DNA of 63,843 nucleotides, counting the filler, from Phoronis australis (lineage: Eukaryota > Animalia > Phoronida): NCBI GenBank assembly GCA_002633005.1. It is 7 parts of 7 records of this genome, joined end to end, with 100 filler letters (N's around TTAATTAATTAA, not from the genome) between each part and the next. Parts side by side here need not be neighbours in the genome. Positions count along the whole stretch, not along the records: positions 50,331 to 57,211 come from NMRA01002097.1; positions 57,312 to 61,576 come from NMRA01001090.1; positions 61,677 to 63,843 come from NMRA01003821.1; 4 more parts are not named here. The stretch is one strand, 5' to 3'. This document shows, piece by piece, positions 50,231 to 62,610 of the stretch (its first letter is position 1; each line of letters starts with the position of its first letter). The translations under genes and the position numbers were made by a program. A model generated the notes under the pieces. That model was not told the DNA's origin. It saw nothing but the letters and a program-made list of their open reading frames with translations, and did no database searches.

Positions 50231-50330
50231 NNNNNNNNNNNNNNNNNNNNNNNNNNNNNNNNNNNNNNNNNNNNTTAATTAATTAANNNNNNNNNNNNNN
50301 NNNNNNNNNNNNNNNNNNNNNNNNNNNNNN
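50231..50330. other. Artificial scaffold linker
   Basis: 44N-TTAATTAATTAA-44N. Confidence 0.97.
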
Positions 50331-50735
50331 TGGCACCCCTCATCGACTCTGCCTTAAGTACCAATGTCTTGTGCTGCTCCAAATCGTTGCCTGCATTTGT
50401 TACAAGTGACACTGACCTCAAGAAGGTTATTAGTCACTTGACGGATATGTTTGAGCCTGACAAGGGGAATTTTACAAATTTTTTAAACATTTTGGGAGGA
50501 GTTTGGGCCAATATTTTGCTCCAAAATAGAGGATTTCTCCTTGAAAATAAATTATTCACTCCAGAAAATATTAATTGTTCAATTTTGGCTAAAACAGACA
50601 TTGAAAGAGTTTCACGAAGTTTGTTGTTACTTGAGTTGTGTGTATGGTTGTTCTGTCAAAGCGAATCCTCACAGCCAATCTCAGCAATTTTCTGAACTCT
50701 TTTCAATTGTCAAAGGTGCCAACCTTGAATTTTGC

Positions 50736-51012
50736 TGGTCACGTAGAAACATCCACCAGTACTGAGACTTGAACCGGGTATCTCTAGTGCGTGAGTCAAG
50801 TATTCGAACTGGTTGTGCAAAAGGCATAAGTCCATTACCAAGCAGTTTAGATAGGCTTTATTCAACAGTACGCCACACCCGGAGCCGGAATCAAAAATTC
50901 ACAACACCCCTCTTGATCATGTGGAGCAAGAGGGATCTTGCATCATGGGGACGTGTTCAGGGGTGACTAACTCCCCTCCCGCCTTCTGCCGGCGAGTCCA
51001 GGATCTAACTGT
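50736..51012 (-). mobile_element. Fragment of a putative small non-autonomous LTR element with a tRNA-like LTR
   Basis: Minus strand: hairpin CCCTCTTG..CAAGAGGG overlapping a purine tract AAGAGGGG, then TGTGA..AATAAA..B-box GGTTCAAGTC..GTGACCA (~170 bp). Confidence 0.45.
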
Positions 51013-51533
51013 GAATTCACAACAATTTTGTATCACGACTTTCAGTTTGTATGCTCGACTTTCATGCTGGGAACCCTGGTTCAAGTCTTGGTATTGATTT
51101 CTCAACACAATTCAGTTCTTTTTCCCCTTGACGTACCTAATACTCTCACCAGAGGATGTGACGTCTTATTCCCTGGCGCGAGCAATTGTAAAAATGGGCG
51201 GTAGCCGATCTGACTGAACAAAGGACTGTGGGAAAAAAGTTTTATTTGTGGGAGCATTTGTTCGAGCTAGGTAGAGGTAAATACATCAATGGCTTCCTAA
51301 GGTGTTTCTCTCTATGCAACAGGGAATAGCAACCCAGCATTAGCCGAGATTACTCGACCCAGGAATTGAACCACTGGCCCCAATAAAACCGGCAAGCTTG
51401 CCAACCATTCTGCTAATAGGAAATTGCCCATTCAATGGGCAATTACTTATTATTTTGATGATTAACAAGAGCTATTATTAACAGCAACAGAGGCTCATAT
51501 GATTCAACGGAACTGTGGAAGCATGCCTAGTAA

Positions 51534-52349
51534 TAGGCAATGACCATCGCCTCTGTTGGCCCGACCAGAGGCGATGCAGCTCCTATAGGCGCTCCATACG
51601 CCGGAAGCTTTTCGGCGAATTATGCCTCGCACCGACTAAAACATCAAAGTCATGTTGTTATAAATACCTTTTGAGCATAGAGGAACACCTTAGAAGGTTG
51701 TCGATGTGTTTAATTCCTTCCAACTCGAACAAATACTCCCCTTATCAATTTTTTTCTTCAAGCAGTCCCTATTTTAGTTCCCAAAATCGTGAACTCACCA
51801 TTTTCACTCGGCGCACGTCAAGAGATTTGACCTCATTCTTTTAACAAGGCCAAAGGTCAGAAGTTGCGGACCTACCAGCGAACTTTGAAAGCTGAAGTCC
51901 CTGCCCTCTGCGTACGTGCTGCTGGGAACCAGCCGTGCATTTGCCGTGTTGTTAAACATTAAAATGTCAAATATGTGCACAAAGACTATTAAATGTCATA
52001 TCAACAGCATTTATTTTTATCAAATACAAACAATAATTCATTGAAATACAATCAGTTTCAAGTAACGCCAATTAAAAGCAAGTAGTGGTGGCATTTTGGA
52101 AACGAACATTTGACTGACAAGACCGCAATGGCTCACCTTTGGCCTATTTAAAGATTGAGGTCATGAAGTCCCATCACCAAGTGAGCGCGGTAAAAATTGG
52201 AGTGTGCGCAGTATAAAAATGGTGAGTTCACGATTTTGGGAACTGAAATAGGGACTGCTCAAAGAAAAAGTTTGATAACGGGAGTATGGAGCGCCTATAG
52301 AAGATGCATCGCCTCTGGTTGAGCCAACAGAGGCGATGGTCATTGCCTA
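51534..52349. mobile_element. AcademH-like non-autonomous element (TAG..CTA ends, 9-bp TSD)
   Basis: GCCTAGTAA duplicated (51525-51533, 52350-52358). TIR TAGGCAATGACCATCGCCTCTGTTGG.. of ~65 bp, continuing at 51734-51815 vs 52203-52286 after an insertion in the left arm. Confidence 0.88.
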
Positions 52350-52957
52350 GCCTAGTAAAACAGCAACATGACTTTGTCTTTGATAATTTAACCAGTGGCA
52401 GTGTGACAGATAATTCGTCGCAAAGCTTCCAATGTACCGAGGGTCAGATGAGACGGTGATACTGCCTGCGATATTAGCCTTTGGCTAATGTTTGTCCGTT
52501 TTGTCAAACTGACTATAAATAATGAGATTGATTGATTGATTGAATTGATTGACTGTTCTGACACTGGCACTGCCCAGGCGCCATGTCACTGTCCATGTAA
52601 TTGCCGACTTGACGAGTCAGAAAGTGGTATTATAAAGATTACTGAGTAAATTCCTCTACCAACCTCTGTAATCGACACCAGAATTCAACTTTACAACAAC
52701 AGGCCTTCCAATAATTTGCTTCAAAAAGTCGCTCGGCGTTTTACGGCTCATGTTCTTGTCCTAAGTGCAGAAACGGAAATGAAAATGTGGCAGTACAATT
52801 CATAAACCGTGACAAACTTTTATTCTACTTTCACACACAAACTTTCACAATAATAACGAAATAACAATGTGTTGGTAAATACGTCATGTTCGTGTCAACG
52901 CTTAATTCTTTTTGAGATCGCAATTACTTTTGACTTCAAAGTTGTCTTCCCTGACCA

Positions 52958-52986
52958 AAAATCACGTGATTTAGTCAAAATGGCGA
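52958..52986 (+). promoter_or_regulatory. E-box palindrome and YY1-like motif at the HSCB start
   Basis: AAATCACGTGATTT palindrome, followed by CAAAATGGCG overlapping the ATG. Confidence 0.45.
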
Positions 52987-53029
52987 CCTCCTGTTGGAAG
53001 CTGACGCTTGCAATGACGAGAAACGGAAT
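52980..53029 (+). CDS. HSCB: HSCB exon 1 (start of mitochondrial presequence), inferred
   Basis: AAAATGGCG start context; MATSCWKLTLAMTRNG-AT|GTTCGT is phase 2, compatible with acceptor ttccag|A at 54265. Confidence 0.6.
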
Positions 53030-53319
53030 GTTCGTGCCTACCCTACTTGTATTTTCAATTGTCTTCAATGTATTGATTGGATGAGTGGGGAACTATTTAC
53101 TCTTAACATTAAACATGCCGTTAAAGCATCTTTGTCTCGTTAACTTCGTGAAACTGTTCATTAAGTTTGTGTATTCTTGTAAGTTGTACCTCAGCGTTGT
53201 TGTCGGTTGGCGTCAGTTTAGCCACGGGACAATATTTCCAAAAGTCACGTGTCTACCAAGGCGTTCTTGCTTGTAGTCCAATGTTGGGGGGGGGCATGCG
53301 ACCAGGTTCATAGAGGAGG

Positions 53320-54046
53320 GACATTTTGTGCTGATCCAACTGCCACTGTGCCCCTAGTGATAATTTAGTAGTTTTAACGTTGCCTCTGTATCTAAGAATT
53401 TGGTGCTCTTAGTCTTGACAGATTTTCATGAAATTTGGGTTGTAGGTTTCTATTTAAGAAATGGTGACACCTTGTCATTTTCAAATGGATTTAGATTATT
53501 GTGTGCCACCTTGTAACAGTTTTATTATTTTTTGATCTTTCTATCTTACGCCTCTGTTTCTGTCAAACAGCTCAGAGGATCATTATGAAAAATGGCTGGT
53601 GTGATTCTACTGACAAAAATACGGCTAACGTTGATTTTCGGACAGATCCAACTGTTGTGGTACCCCATAGTGAAATTTTTGCATTTGTGGCTGAATGTCC
53701 TACACCCCTTGCAAAATATTTGTAAAGTTTGACAAGTGTTTTCCTATGAACTTGAGAGCTGATGACGTCTTCTTTTGGATGGGTCTAATTACCAATGTGA
53801 CTCCTGGTGGTAATTTGATTTTTATGTTTGCTTCTGTAACTCACTGGAGTTGCTTGACATCTTTTCATGAAATTCACTCAGAGTTTTCTTTTATAAGGAA
53901 ATCACGGCACCTTTAAATTTCCAGATGGATTCGATATAGACTGCACCATCTAATTGTGAGTTTTATGAAACTAATAAACATCCCTAGAAGCGTATTGTTT
54001 GTGGTGCAGCTGTGGGCACATTTCAATAATTTACACTGCTTTTGTT
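53320..54046 (+). mobile_element. Old HINE-like copy in HSCB intron 1
   Basis: Diverged array subunits (GTGCCCCTAGTG, GATTTTCATGAAATTTGG) and 3' module GTGGGCACATTTCAAT..CTTTTGTT. Confidence 0.75.
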
Positions 54047-54264
54047 GAGTTTCATATATCCATTATCTGAAAATGGAGTGATATATGACTTTCCATCCTC
54101 AAACTTCTTCCCAAATTCACAACAACAAAGATTTCTGTTGCCTTGTCAAGGGGAGAAAAAAATGTTTTTGACTTCTGAAACTGTTCAATAATTTAGATTT
54201 TTATGACACTAATTGTTCCTCATATTCTTCTAGGAACTTTTATTATTTACACGTTTCATTCCAG

Positions 54265-54595
54265 ATTCCAGGCATCATTAAACGCGAGACACTTTTATCC
54301 TGATGTGAGAACTCGACAAGCTCTTCTGTTCAACTTTCGGTGTGTGCAGTCAGTTAACTACAGTAAAAACTGCAATGTCCAGTGCTGGAAATGTGGACGG
54401 AAGACTGATGTCAGCACGGAAGAGCGGTTTATTTGCTCTGGATGCCAGACAATACAGCCACCACACCCGTGTCTGAATCATTTTGACGTGATCGGAACAG
54501 AGGAAACGTTCAATCTGGATGTGAAGAAGTTAACTTCAACATTCAGGAAACTCCAAATGGAGTTACATCCTGATAAGTTTTCACAGAAGTCTAAG
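54265..54595 (+). CDS. HSCB: Iron-sulfur cluster co-chaperone HscB/Hsc20, exon 2 (tetracysteine motif + J-domain)
   Basis: CWKCG..FICSGCQTIQPP..NHFDV..FNLD..FRKLQMELHPDKFSQKSK|gtgaat; HPD motif. The acceptor could alternatively be near 54234 or 54272. Confidence 0.95.
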
Positions 54596-54956
54596 GTGAA
54601 TATTTGAAGATCGTCATCCTTGTGTTATGAAAACTGAAACATGCTTTGCAAGTCTATGGTGAACAACCAACATTTCTGTATACTGTTAAACTTGTAAGGA
54701 GTTATTGTAAGGATAAAGATAAATGATAGCTTGAATTGATTTTTGCTCAATTATGATTATTGCTAAATAAATTCAATCAGACGTTCTTGGAGGTGGCATG
54801 AATTTTTAGTTATATCAAGTGATTATGTTAAAAATCCCACCAATTTCATACATAAATAATTGTGAAAATCATCTATCTGACATGAAAAAAAAATAAATTG
54901 TCTGTCAAATTCTGTCATGACTTGGTGAAGTTTTGCAGTATTGCTAGTAAGGTTAC

Positions 54957-55318
54957 TAGAGAATTATGACATATAGATGGCGCTTGGTATTCGCCCTAGC
55001 CGCCATGTTTCTTTTGTCTCTAAGTCCATTGTTTAATTAGCGGTTACGATCATAGAAAATAACTCGCAAGTATTTCTTCACTGTTTATTGGTTACAGCAA
55101 ACTACGAATGATCGTAACCTGAAAGAACAGAGACAGGGGGTAAATACTAGGTCGCTAACAAGTGACGTGTGATTACAATAGGTTAACAATGCTAGAGATG
55201 TGCTAAGGCTACAATAAATGAGGGAATCTTACCGCTAATTAAACAATGGACTTAGAGACAAAAGAAACATGGCGGCTAGGGCGAATACCAAGCGCCATCT
55301 ATATGTCATAATTCTCTA
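54957..55318. mobile_element. 362-bp MITE with perfect ~88-bp TIRs in HSCB intron 2
   Basis: TAGAGAATTATGAC..TTAGCGGT is the exact reverse complement of ACCGCTAA..GTCATAATTCTCTA; GTTAC on both sides. Confidence 0.92.
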
Positions 55319-56028
55319 GTTACAACTCTCTTCTGTTATATAACAAGTGTAAAGCATCATGTACTGGTCTTATGGAATGTTGAAAGTTGTTTTTGTAGCT
55401 GACTGATGTCTGTAGTATAGTTCAGAATTTTCGTCGAACAGGCAGCATGCAAAATATTCTGAAGTTACATGTCAGTATTTTAAGTCATTGACAAACAATA
55501 GAATGGGGCTGACGAAATAACTGTAGATCCGTCCTATAGATGTCCTCATGTCTTGTGTTTGCCAACCCACTTGCCACTCCCACTGCAGCGCCACCTTTCC
55601 ATCTGAGGAGAGGTTACATATCCATATCTCACTTGGCACCTAGCCACTCTTTGTCATCCTCTAGGTGTTGATGCACTGTCCTGTTGCCCTTGGTTGGCCA
55701 ATGTGTTCATGCTAAGTAGTGGACAAAAATATTTGTCTCTAGTACCCTTCACTTGTTTAGCACACAGTGTGACAGACAAGAGAATTTCTATTTTGTTAAA
55801 TACCTCCGCTAAAGTAAAGATTAAGAGCATTTTAGTTATTACAAGCATGGATTGTGTGTAGAGGTTATAAAACAACATTTGCTGAAACTCCATTATTTGG
55901 CAAAAAAGTAATCATCTTTTGGAAAATGGCCAATTTGCTGTTTATTTTGATTTGGAATAAGTGAAGAATTGTCATAACATGAATTTAAAAGTGCAGTTTT
56001 CCGAGTCCTGAATATTTTGTTGTTTCAG

Positions 56029-56418
56029 GAAGAGAAAGAATTCTCAGCTTTACAGTCATCTTTACTCAACAAAGCCTACTTCACTCTATTGAAGCCAGTA
56101 TCCAGAGGATTGTATATGCTTGAACTCAATGGAAAAGCGGTGGAGGAAGGCGACGTAATTATGGACCCGGAATTCCTCATGGATGTCATGGAAACCAATG
56201 AAAAAATCAACAACGAAGAGAACACAGATACTTTAAAAAGGATAGAGAAACAGAATGTTCAATTGTTGGACAAAATTTTGATGGAAGTTTCACAGTGTTT
56301 TGAGAGAGGTGATGTGGAAAAAGCAAGAGAGCTGTTGACAAAGATCAAGTATTATTCCAACATTGATGAAAAGATAAAAGAGATCTTTCAGTCTAAATTA
56401 GGACAGCGTTCTACCTAA
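56029..56418 (+). CDS. HSCB: HSCB exon 3 (end of J-domain + C-terminal domain)
   Basis: tgtttcag|EEKEFSALQSSLLNKAYFTLLKPVSRGLYML..MDPEFLMDVMETNE..KIKYYSNIDEKIKE..*; phase-0 join to exon 2. Confidence 0.95.
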   Translation, partial: EEKEFSALQSSLLNKAYFTLLKPVSRGLYMLELNGKAVEEGDVIMDPEFLMDVMETNEKINNEENTDTLKRIEKQNVQLLDKILMEVSQCFERGDVEKARELLTKIKYYSNIDEKIKEIFQSKLGQRST

Positions 56419-57060
56419 TGTTGATATTTTTTATTTATTTTTACAGTTTAGTTTTAATGTTTTTAATTGTTTACATATTAATGTATGAGTGTTGTGTTCT
56501 AGTTAGTCACAAACCACAATGTCCAAAACACAATATCTTTTTGTGGCTTGTCACATGGCTGAGAAACCAAAAAACTTACACTGTGCAAAAAGCCTACATA
56601 CAGTAGTTTTCAAAGTAAACTAGACAACGTGGAAATTCCATGCCCTACTGCTACTAAATATCCATTTTCTTTTTCTACTAGAATCTGTTTTAATTCTAGC
56701 GATATCTCAACAAAATCTTCAGTTGTTGCTCCATCCACGTTGGCGAAATCGTGACAATTAACTGTACAAGTCTATTACATATTAAATATACAATAATGTA
56801 ACATTAGCTCCACCAAAGGTTTGACAAAAATACTACTTTATCGTGACAAGGCTCAACGACTAAACTGCCAATTATTTCTGGAAAGAAATTAGGCATAGTT
56901 CTTTTGAGGCCAGTCTTGTTTACAATTAAAAACTACTGTACAGTCCGTCCTAGTAAACAGCAGACGCATGTTGCAGACGTCTGCTTCATCATTATGCTAC
57001 CATAGTTGCTTACTTTTGCCTAACTTTTGTTCCTATGTTTATGTTGAAGAGATCATTTTA

Positions 57061-57211
57061 TAGACCTTATTCATGCATTTACCATTTTAAAAAAGCCTCT
57101 TTAGGTTTAAAAAAACATGTATTTGAGACAAAAATATGAGGTACGCGAAAAATTGCGTTTTGCACTGTGATTATGCGCAGAATGCATTGGTTTTTAAAAC
57201 CTTAAAGGAGG
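57061..57211. mobile_element. Probable small MITE truncated by gap
   Basis: Begins TAGACCTTATTCAT; inverted CCTCTTTAGGTTTAAAAA / TTTTTAAAACCTTAAAGGAGG. Confidence 0.45.
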
Positions 57212-57311
57212 NNNNNNNNNNNNNNNNNNNNNNNNNNNNNNNNNNNNNNNNNNNNTTAATTAATTAANNNNNNNNNNNNNNNNNNNNNNNNNNNNNNNNN
57301 NNNNNNNNNNN
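57212..57311. other. Artificial scaffold linker
   Basis: 44N-TTAATTAATTAA-44N. Confidence 0.97.
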
Positions 57312-59315
57312 ATTTGTCATGTCTAAGTAGTCGTCGTCTGGTAAAAAACAATTTGTGAGTTGATTTTCAGTGGAAAACAAAGGACCATTCACTTGAAGTG
57401 AATGTAAACTTGAGCAACACAATTCAACTCACCTCTAAAATCTATGAATGAAATTTTGACCCAGAAGGAATCGGGTTAGGGATCTCATACAGCAACGTCC
57501 TTATGTGCTTTAATATACAGGTAAACCTACATGTATGTAATTTGAATCAAGTACTTGAACATCTTCCGATACCTTTACATTGTTCAGTTATTGGAAAACG
57601 CATCAGACATAAACCGAATCATTACCTTGCTTCTTCACCCAGGGCTGTAGTTTTTCGCCTGGCTTTGCGAGGGTGACGTTAACTGGAAAGAACGAGATGG
57701 CCTTACACTGCCGCTGTGTCTTGAGCTGTTCAATATAACGACTTTTAACACAGGGCAACGAGAACTACTGATATGAGCAGCTGTTGTTTGGCCGAGACTT
57801 TTCTACAGTGTTTCACATTGCACCCCATTGCCTGTGATAAAGCTAAAGTCATTGTCTCAAAGAGTTGTTTTAGTTAAACCACTTGGAAGTATATACTAAC
57901 TTAAGTGATATGTAACATGCCACATGGTGATTCTCTCGGAACAGGTTCCAAACTGCGTGTTGAGTTATGGACTCAGACTTTGCATAAACCTGCACAATTT
58001 TATCGCGTGTAGGATATTTAGAGTACCAACTGTAGAAGTAGTTGATTTTAAAGTTGTAAGACGTTGTAGCGATTGGACTATGTTGTTAACTCAACTGAGC
58101 CATCTTTAGAGACAATATTTCTCATGTTTGTTTTGACTGAAGGCAAAGAGCGTCGGGAAAACCATTGGGACACCGCAGATAATACTAGCTTGAAAACGTT
58201 CACCATCAGCACGTGAGGTAAATGAATAAAAACGACCCGGTCTGCACATTTTGAAGTTCTTACCTGTACTGGAAAATTACAAGCAAATATTTGGAGTTTG
58301 GTTCGGGAAAAATCACCCTGTATAATGTTTCCTCTTTTCTGTTATCAAACCACAAAACTTTTTCACACAATTTTGTACCTGAGCCGAAATCAAAAAGTTG
58401 TCTATTGTTCTCGCCAATTTCCGGATCATTCGGAACACCTCGGGTATTTTTGTGGTCGCATTCTCGCAGGTATTTTATCTATGGGCATGAGTTAAATTCA
58501 ATCGGTCCAGACCGTTGCTCACTGTTCAATCTAAGTCGGCCAAAATTTCCAGAGACTCCGGTAGAAAATTGGAAATCTAAGTTATTAAATTATGAATGCG
58601 TTCAAATTTCAGGATTTTATGTCTTCACTTGATTTACGGTTTGCTTGTCTCCACCACCGGCAACAACGGTTGTCTTCATTTTGCCTTAAAATCCCTTGAT
58701 CTTCGCTCTGAGTATTTAGGCATCGCTGCCGTCTGAGGCGTCTTAATTTTTCTTAGTCAGAACTTTATTTTCAGTATTTTTCAACATTTAATGCACAGCA
58801 ACTTTACTGAACTATTCCTGTCCGTTGTTTTGTACATGTTTACCCGAGTTTTACTCTTTTCGAAACTCACTCAATATAGTCGAATAGACGGCCTCATTCA
58901 ATCGTTCCTGAATGAAACCCACTTCCGACTTCGAGGTACATCCAGATGTGCAAAGTGTAAATTTGTAGCACGGATTTTTCACCTGTGGAGTTCATTAAGG
59001 TGACCCTGCATCAACTGGCGATTTCTTGAACACCCAAATATGTCTGCTGAAATCACGTGCAACTAGGTCTTAAAGACATGTTGTGGACCAGTGCATATGC
59101 TAAGCTGACAGACAACTATGATATAAGTGAAAATGTAACCTACAGGCGAAAATGTTCGTTTGGAAAGCTGTTTAATGTGAATTGGAAAGTAGACTTACAA
59201 TTTAGCAGCCGAACTTTTCCTGGCAACGGCCCAGATCTCACTAAATCCTCCACTTCCGGGCAATCTGTCACTTTCGAACAACTTTGGTGCTTCACTAAGA
59301 AAACACGAACTTGTT

Positions 59316-59582
59316 AATACAGCGCCAAATGGTGCGTAAGTACACGATACATAACGTGCGAATACAGCGTCAAATGGACCGTAAGTAAACGATACAGAAC
59401 GTGTTAATACAGCCCCAAATGGTGCGTAAGTACACGATGCAGAACGTGTTTAATACAGCGCCAAATAATGCGTAAGTACACGATACAGAACGTGTAAATA
59501 CAGCCCCAAATGGTGCATAAGTACACGACACAGAACGTTCGAATACAGCCCCGAATGGTACGTAAGTACACGACACAGAACA
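59316..59582 (+). repeat. ~45-bp minisatellite, 6 copies
   Basis: AATACAGC(G/C)CCAAATGGTGCGTAAGTACACGATACAGAACGTG head-to-tail, no unique spacers. Confidence 0.93.
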
Positions 59583-60320
59583 TACGAATCTAACCGATGA
59601 AGTAGAATCGTATAACGCTTATAGATAAAAACCAGAGCCCAAATGACGAATAAATGGTTTAAACATATATTTCGACAACACATACTAACCCTATTCTCGT
59701 CTCCCATCACCGAGATTAAGGCTTAGGTCACATTGTAAACGCACATATCAACGACGTACAGCCTCATGTACAAAAATACTAACAGATAGAATTACAGTTG
59801 CTTTAAAAAATAGACAAACTTCGACAAAATTCTGACAAAATTGGACAATTTTTGTCATAATTATTTGGCAATTCATTCGTACTTTTGTCGCAATAACATG
59901 GTAATGTGATGTTATTGTCCCTAATTATTCATTTGCAAATGGACCTGAAAAGACAAGTTGTAGCAATTTAGAAATGTGTGCGGCCGGGAGCAACTGAGCA
60001 TATGTCCAGCATTTGTGGAGCGACATATATTGTCAAACTCACACTGTCGTGAGTGGCGTGTTCTTGTCGATGTGAAATAGATACTCAGTCGCCATATTGT
60101 GCGACGATTTTCTGTCGAATTTCGACGTTGATCAGCTTTATAAGCAACACTTTTCGTCTAGGGTGTACTGGTAAACTTCAAGCTAGAGGTTACACGGAGT
60201 TTGTTTAATGCTCTTGGAACAACGATTTATTTTGCGAATCAATGACGCTCTACATTTACAAAAGTTATTTTTCTCCGGAAGTGCAAATCAGTGTCTTGCG
60301 GTTGCCGGTATTCAATCCAG

Positions 60321-60471
60321 CCTCCCGTTCAGTAACGCTAGGACCTCGCTAAAAAGCAAGACTTCGCGAGATTACGTAAGATATTACCGTGCATTTTAAA
60401 TAAGAACACGTGACTTTGACTACGTTTTAGCTAGGTCCTAGCGTAAGTCCTAGCGTCTACTGAACGCACGC
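60321..60471 (+). mobile_element. MITE family A, copy 3
   Basis: CAG TSD (60318-60320, 60472-60474); reconstructed site CCAGG. Confidence 0.88.
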
Positions 60472-61576
60472 CAGGAACTTCTGGTGCGGACTCCACTGCG
60501 CATGTCTGAATCAATCAATCCCTGGCAAACGGCAATCGTGGGGTCTTGAACGATTTCACACCCAGCCAAGAGAATGGCACTCTTGTTTAAAAAACTATCA
60601 TCTGCTTAACCACAGTAGCGTTAAGTGGACTAATTACCAGGCACAATGGGTCCCAATTGGACTTCAGCAGGCGCTCATACATTAAGTACAAGTTCAAACA
60701 TGAACGCTATCACATTGCCCGTCGTGGAAAAAACGCCGATTAGTTTCTCTGCCATTTTGAACAGACGATTTCACAAAAAGGTTCAATTAATTGTAAGAGC
60801 AGTTCACCTGTTATGCACTCCATCACATCTCGCTTCTACAGTGCGTACATATAATCAATAATTCTTGTTTCTCATCTCGCTTTCGTTTACTTCATTTAGT
60901 AGACAAAATAAGCGTTGACGAGTTAGACGTGTGTTTTAGAGCACTTCCGGTTCAAAGACGAAAACACGTTGCTGAGTTTTATATGTTTACACAGAGTATT
61001 TGCATGAGCCAATGCGAGACTGCCTTCGATTTGGCGTTAGTAACCAGCCTTCGGCCGAACCAGGAAGTATGGACAATGTAGACACTTACGCGTGCTATCC
61101 TTGTAGTTCAGTGCAAGGTGTTCACCCATTTTCATTAGGTTCATACATCGGTATAGGAACTCTCCCCGATCTTGGTACGTTTGTTGAGTCCTGTCATAAG
61201 AAACACTCCAATAACTGAACAGTCAGACATTAGTCGGTGGGCCAGATTTTGTAGGGCCTCTAGAAAATGGTTTTTGTGAGTACTTTAGGGGGGCAATTTT
61301 ATTTCGGTGTTTTTTAGTTCATTTATTAGAGTGTTTTCAAAATCTAAAAAGTTCCCACATATAAAGTTGCACATTTTTGAGAAATTTGAGTTTGAAGTTA
61401 CCTAATAATCACCAAAGAGCTTAGTAAACTTATATTTGTAAAAACAACAGTTTTGGTGACTTTTTTGTAAAACAAGTAATATGGTCCCATCAGTGCCATT
61501 GTATTGAACAATATTACACTCACATTACATGTTTTACTATTGTAAATTAATTGTAAACAGTGAAATTTAAAAAACG

Positions 61577-61676
61577 NNNNNNNNNNNNNNNNNNNNNNNN
61601 NNNNNNNNNNNNNNNNNNNNTTAATTAATTAANNNNNNNNNNNNNNNNNNNNNNNNNNNNNNNNNNNNNNNNNNNN
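61577..61676. other. Artificial scaffold linker
   Basis: 44N-TTAATTAATTAA-44N. Confidence 0.97.
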
Positions 61677-62610
61677 TTCAAAAAACGTTCTCTCAACTGG
61701 TCGCCACTTCGTCAATTTTTCTCCCGCAAGGCAAAGCACGTCTCCTTGGTATGGCAAGATTTACACGTAGCACTTTTCTTGTATGGAAAATGTGACCTCT
61801 GACCTCAAGTGACTTCAGGCAAGTAAGTGTGACCGCATGCGCGCATTTATCATAAGTGGGAGGGAGGTTACCACAGAGTTTTCCCTTCGCGCGTATTTCA
61901 AAAATCGTGAATTTTGTGACTTTTTTCTGGAAATTTCCTCACAGGAGAAACGCGAATTACTCTTTACCAAACGTTGTGAGATGCTACCTTGGTCAGTAGT
62001 TATTTAAAGCCTATTTTTGACGAGATTTGGCGTTCCACACCTCTTTAACTTGCACGTGTATTTCTGAAGTGCATAACACGTGTAGAGGTACTGAGGTAAA
62101 AGACCTAAACGACATTTTTACTTGCTTGAACACCTCGTTGTGTTACTTCATTCAGTCAGCAAGTTTTTCCACCAAGTAACTCGACACCCAAAACAAGGCG
62201 AGGTGTCGTATTTTGAAGAACCAGTAGTGCACAAGTGTGCTTCAGTGAGCACGCAGACCAAGGGACATCACTAGAATCGATGCCACTATTGATCAAATCT
62301 GTATTCAGACAGATAGATGTTTAAGCTTTTAAGCCATAAAAGAATAGCAGCTGCAACAAACTGCTTTCTTCAAGCTCGAAACAGACTTCTAAATTAAAAT
62401 GCTCTGAGGTCAAAGGGACAAACCTGACACTGAGCAGTTCAAAATGTCGATACCATAAATAGTGAGAAATCGTGACTAGCCACATCATTGCAGCGGTTGA
62501 AACATCAAACTTACTAACGAATAACCGGATACAGAAGAAATACAGGGCCAAATTTCTATGTTCCAAGCCAATGTATATAAACACTTGATTGAACGGTTCC
62601 ACAAATGACA

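Noticed and set aside
50760-51380. Functional tRNA genes
   Set aside because: B-box-like motifs are present (50766, 51078, ~51362) but I could not build an acceptor stem or full cloverleaf; treated as repeat-derived.
59316-59582. CRISPR-like array
   Set aside because: Units are contiguous with no unique spacers, there are no cas genes, and the context is eukaryotic.
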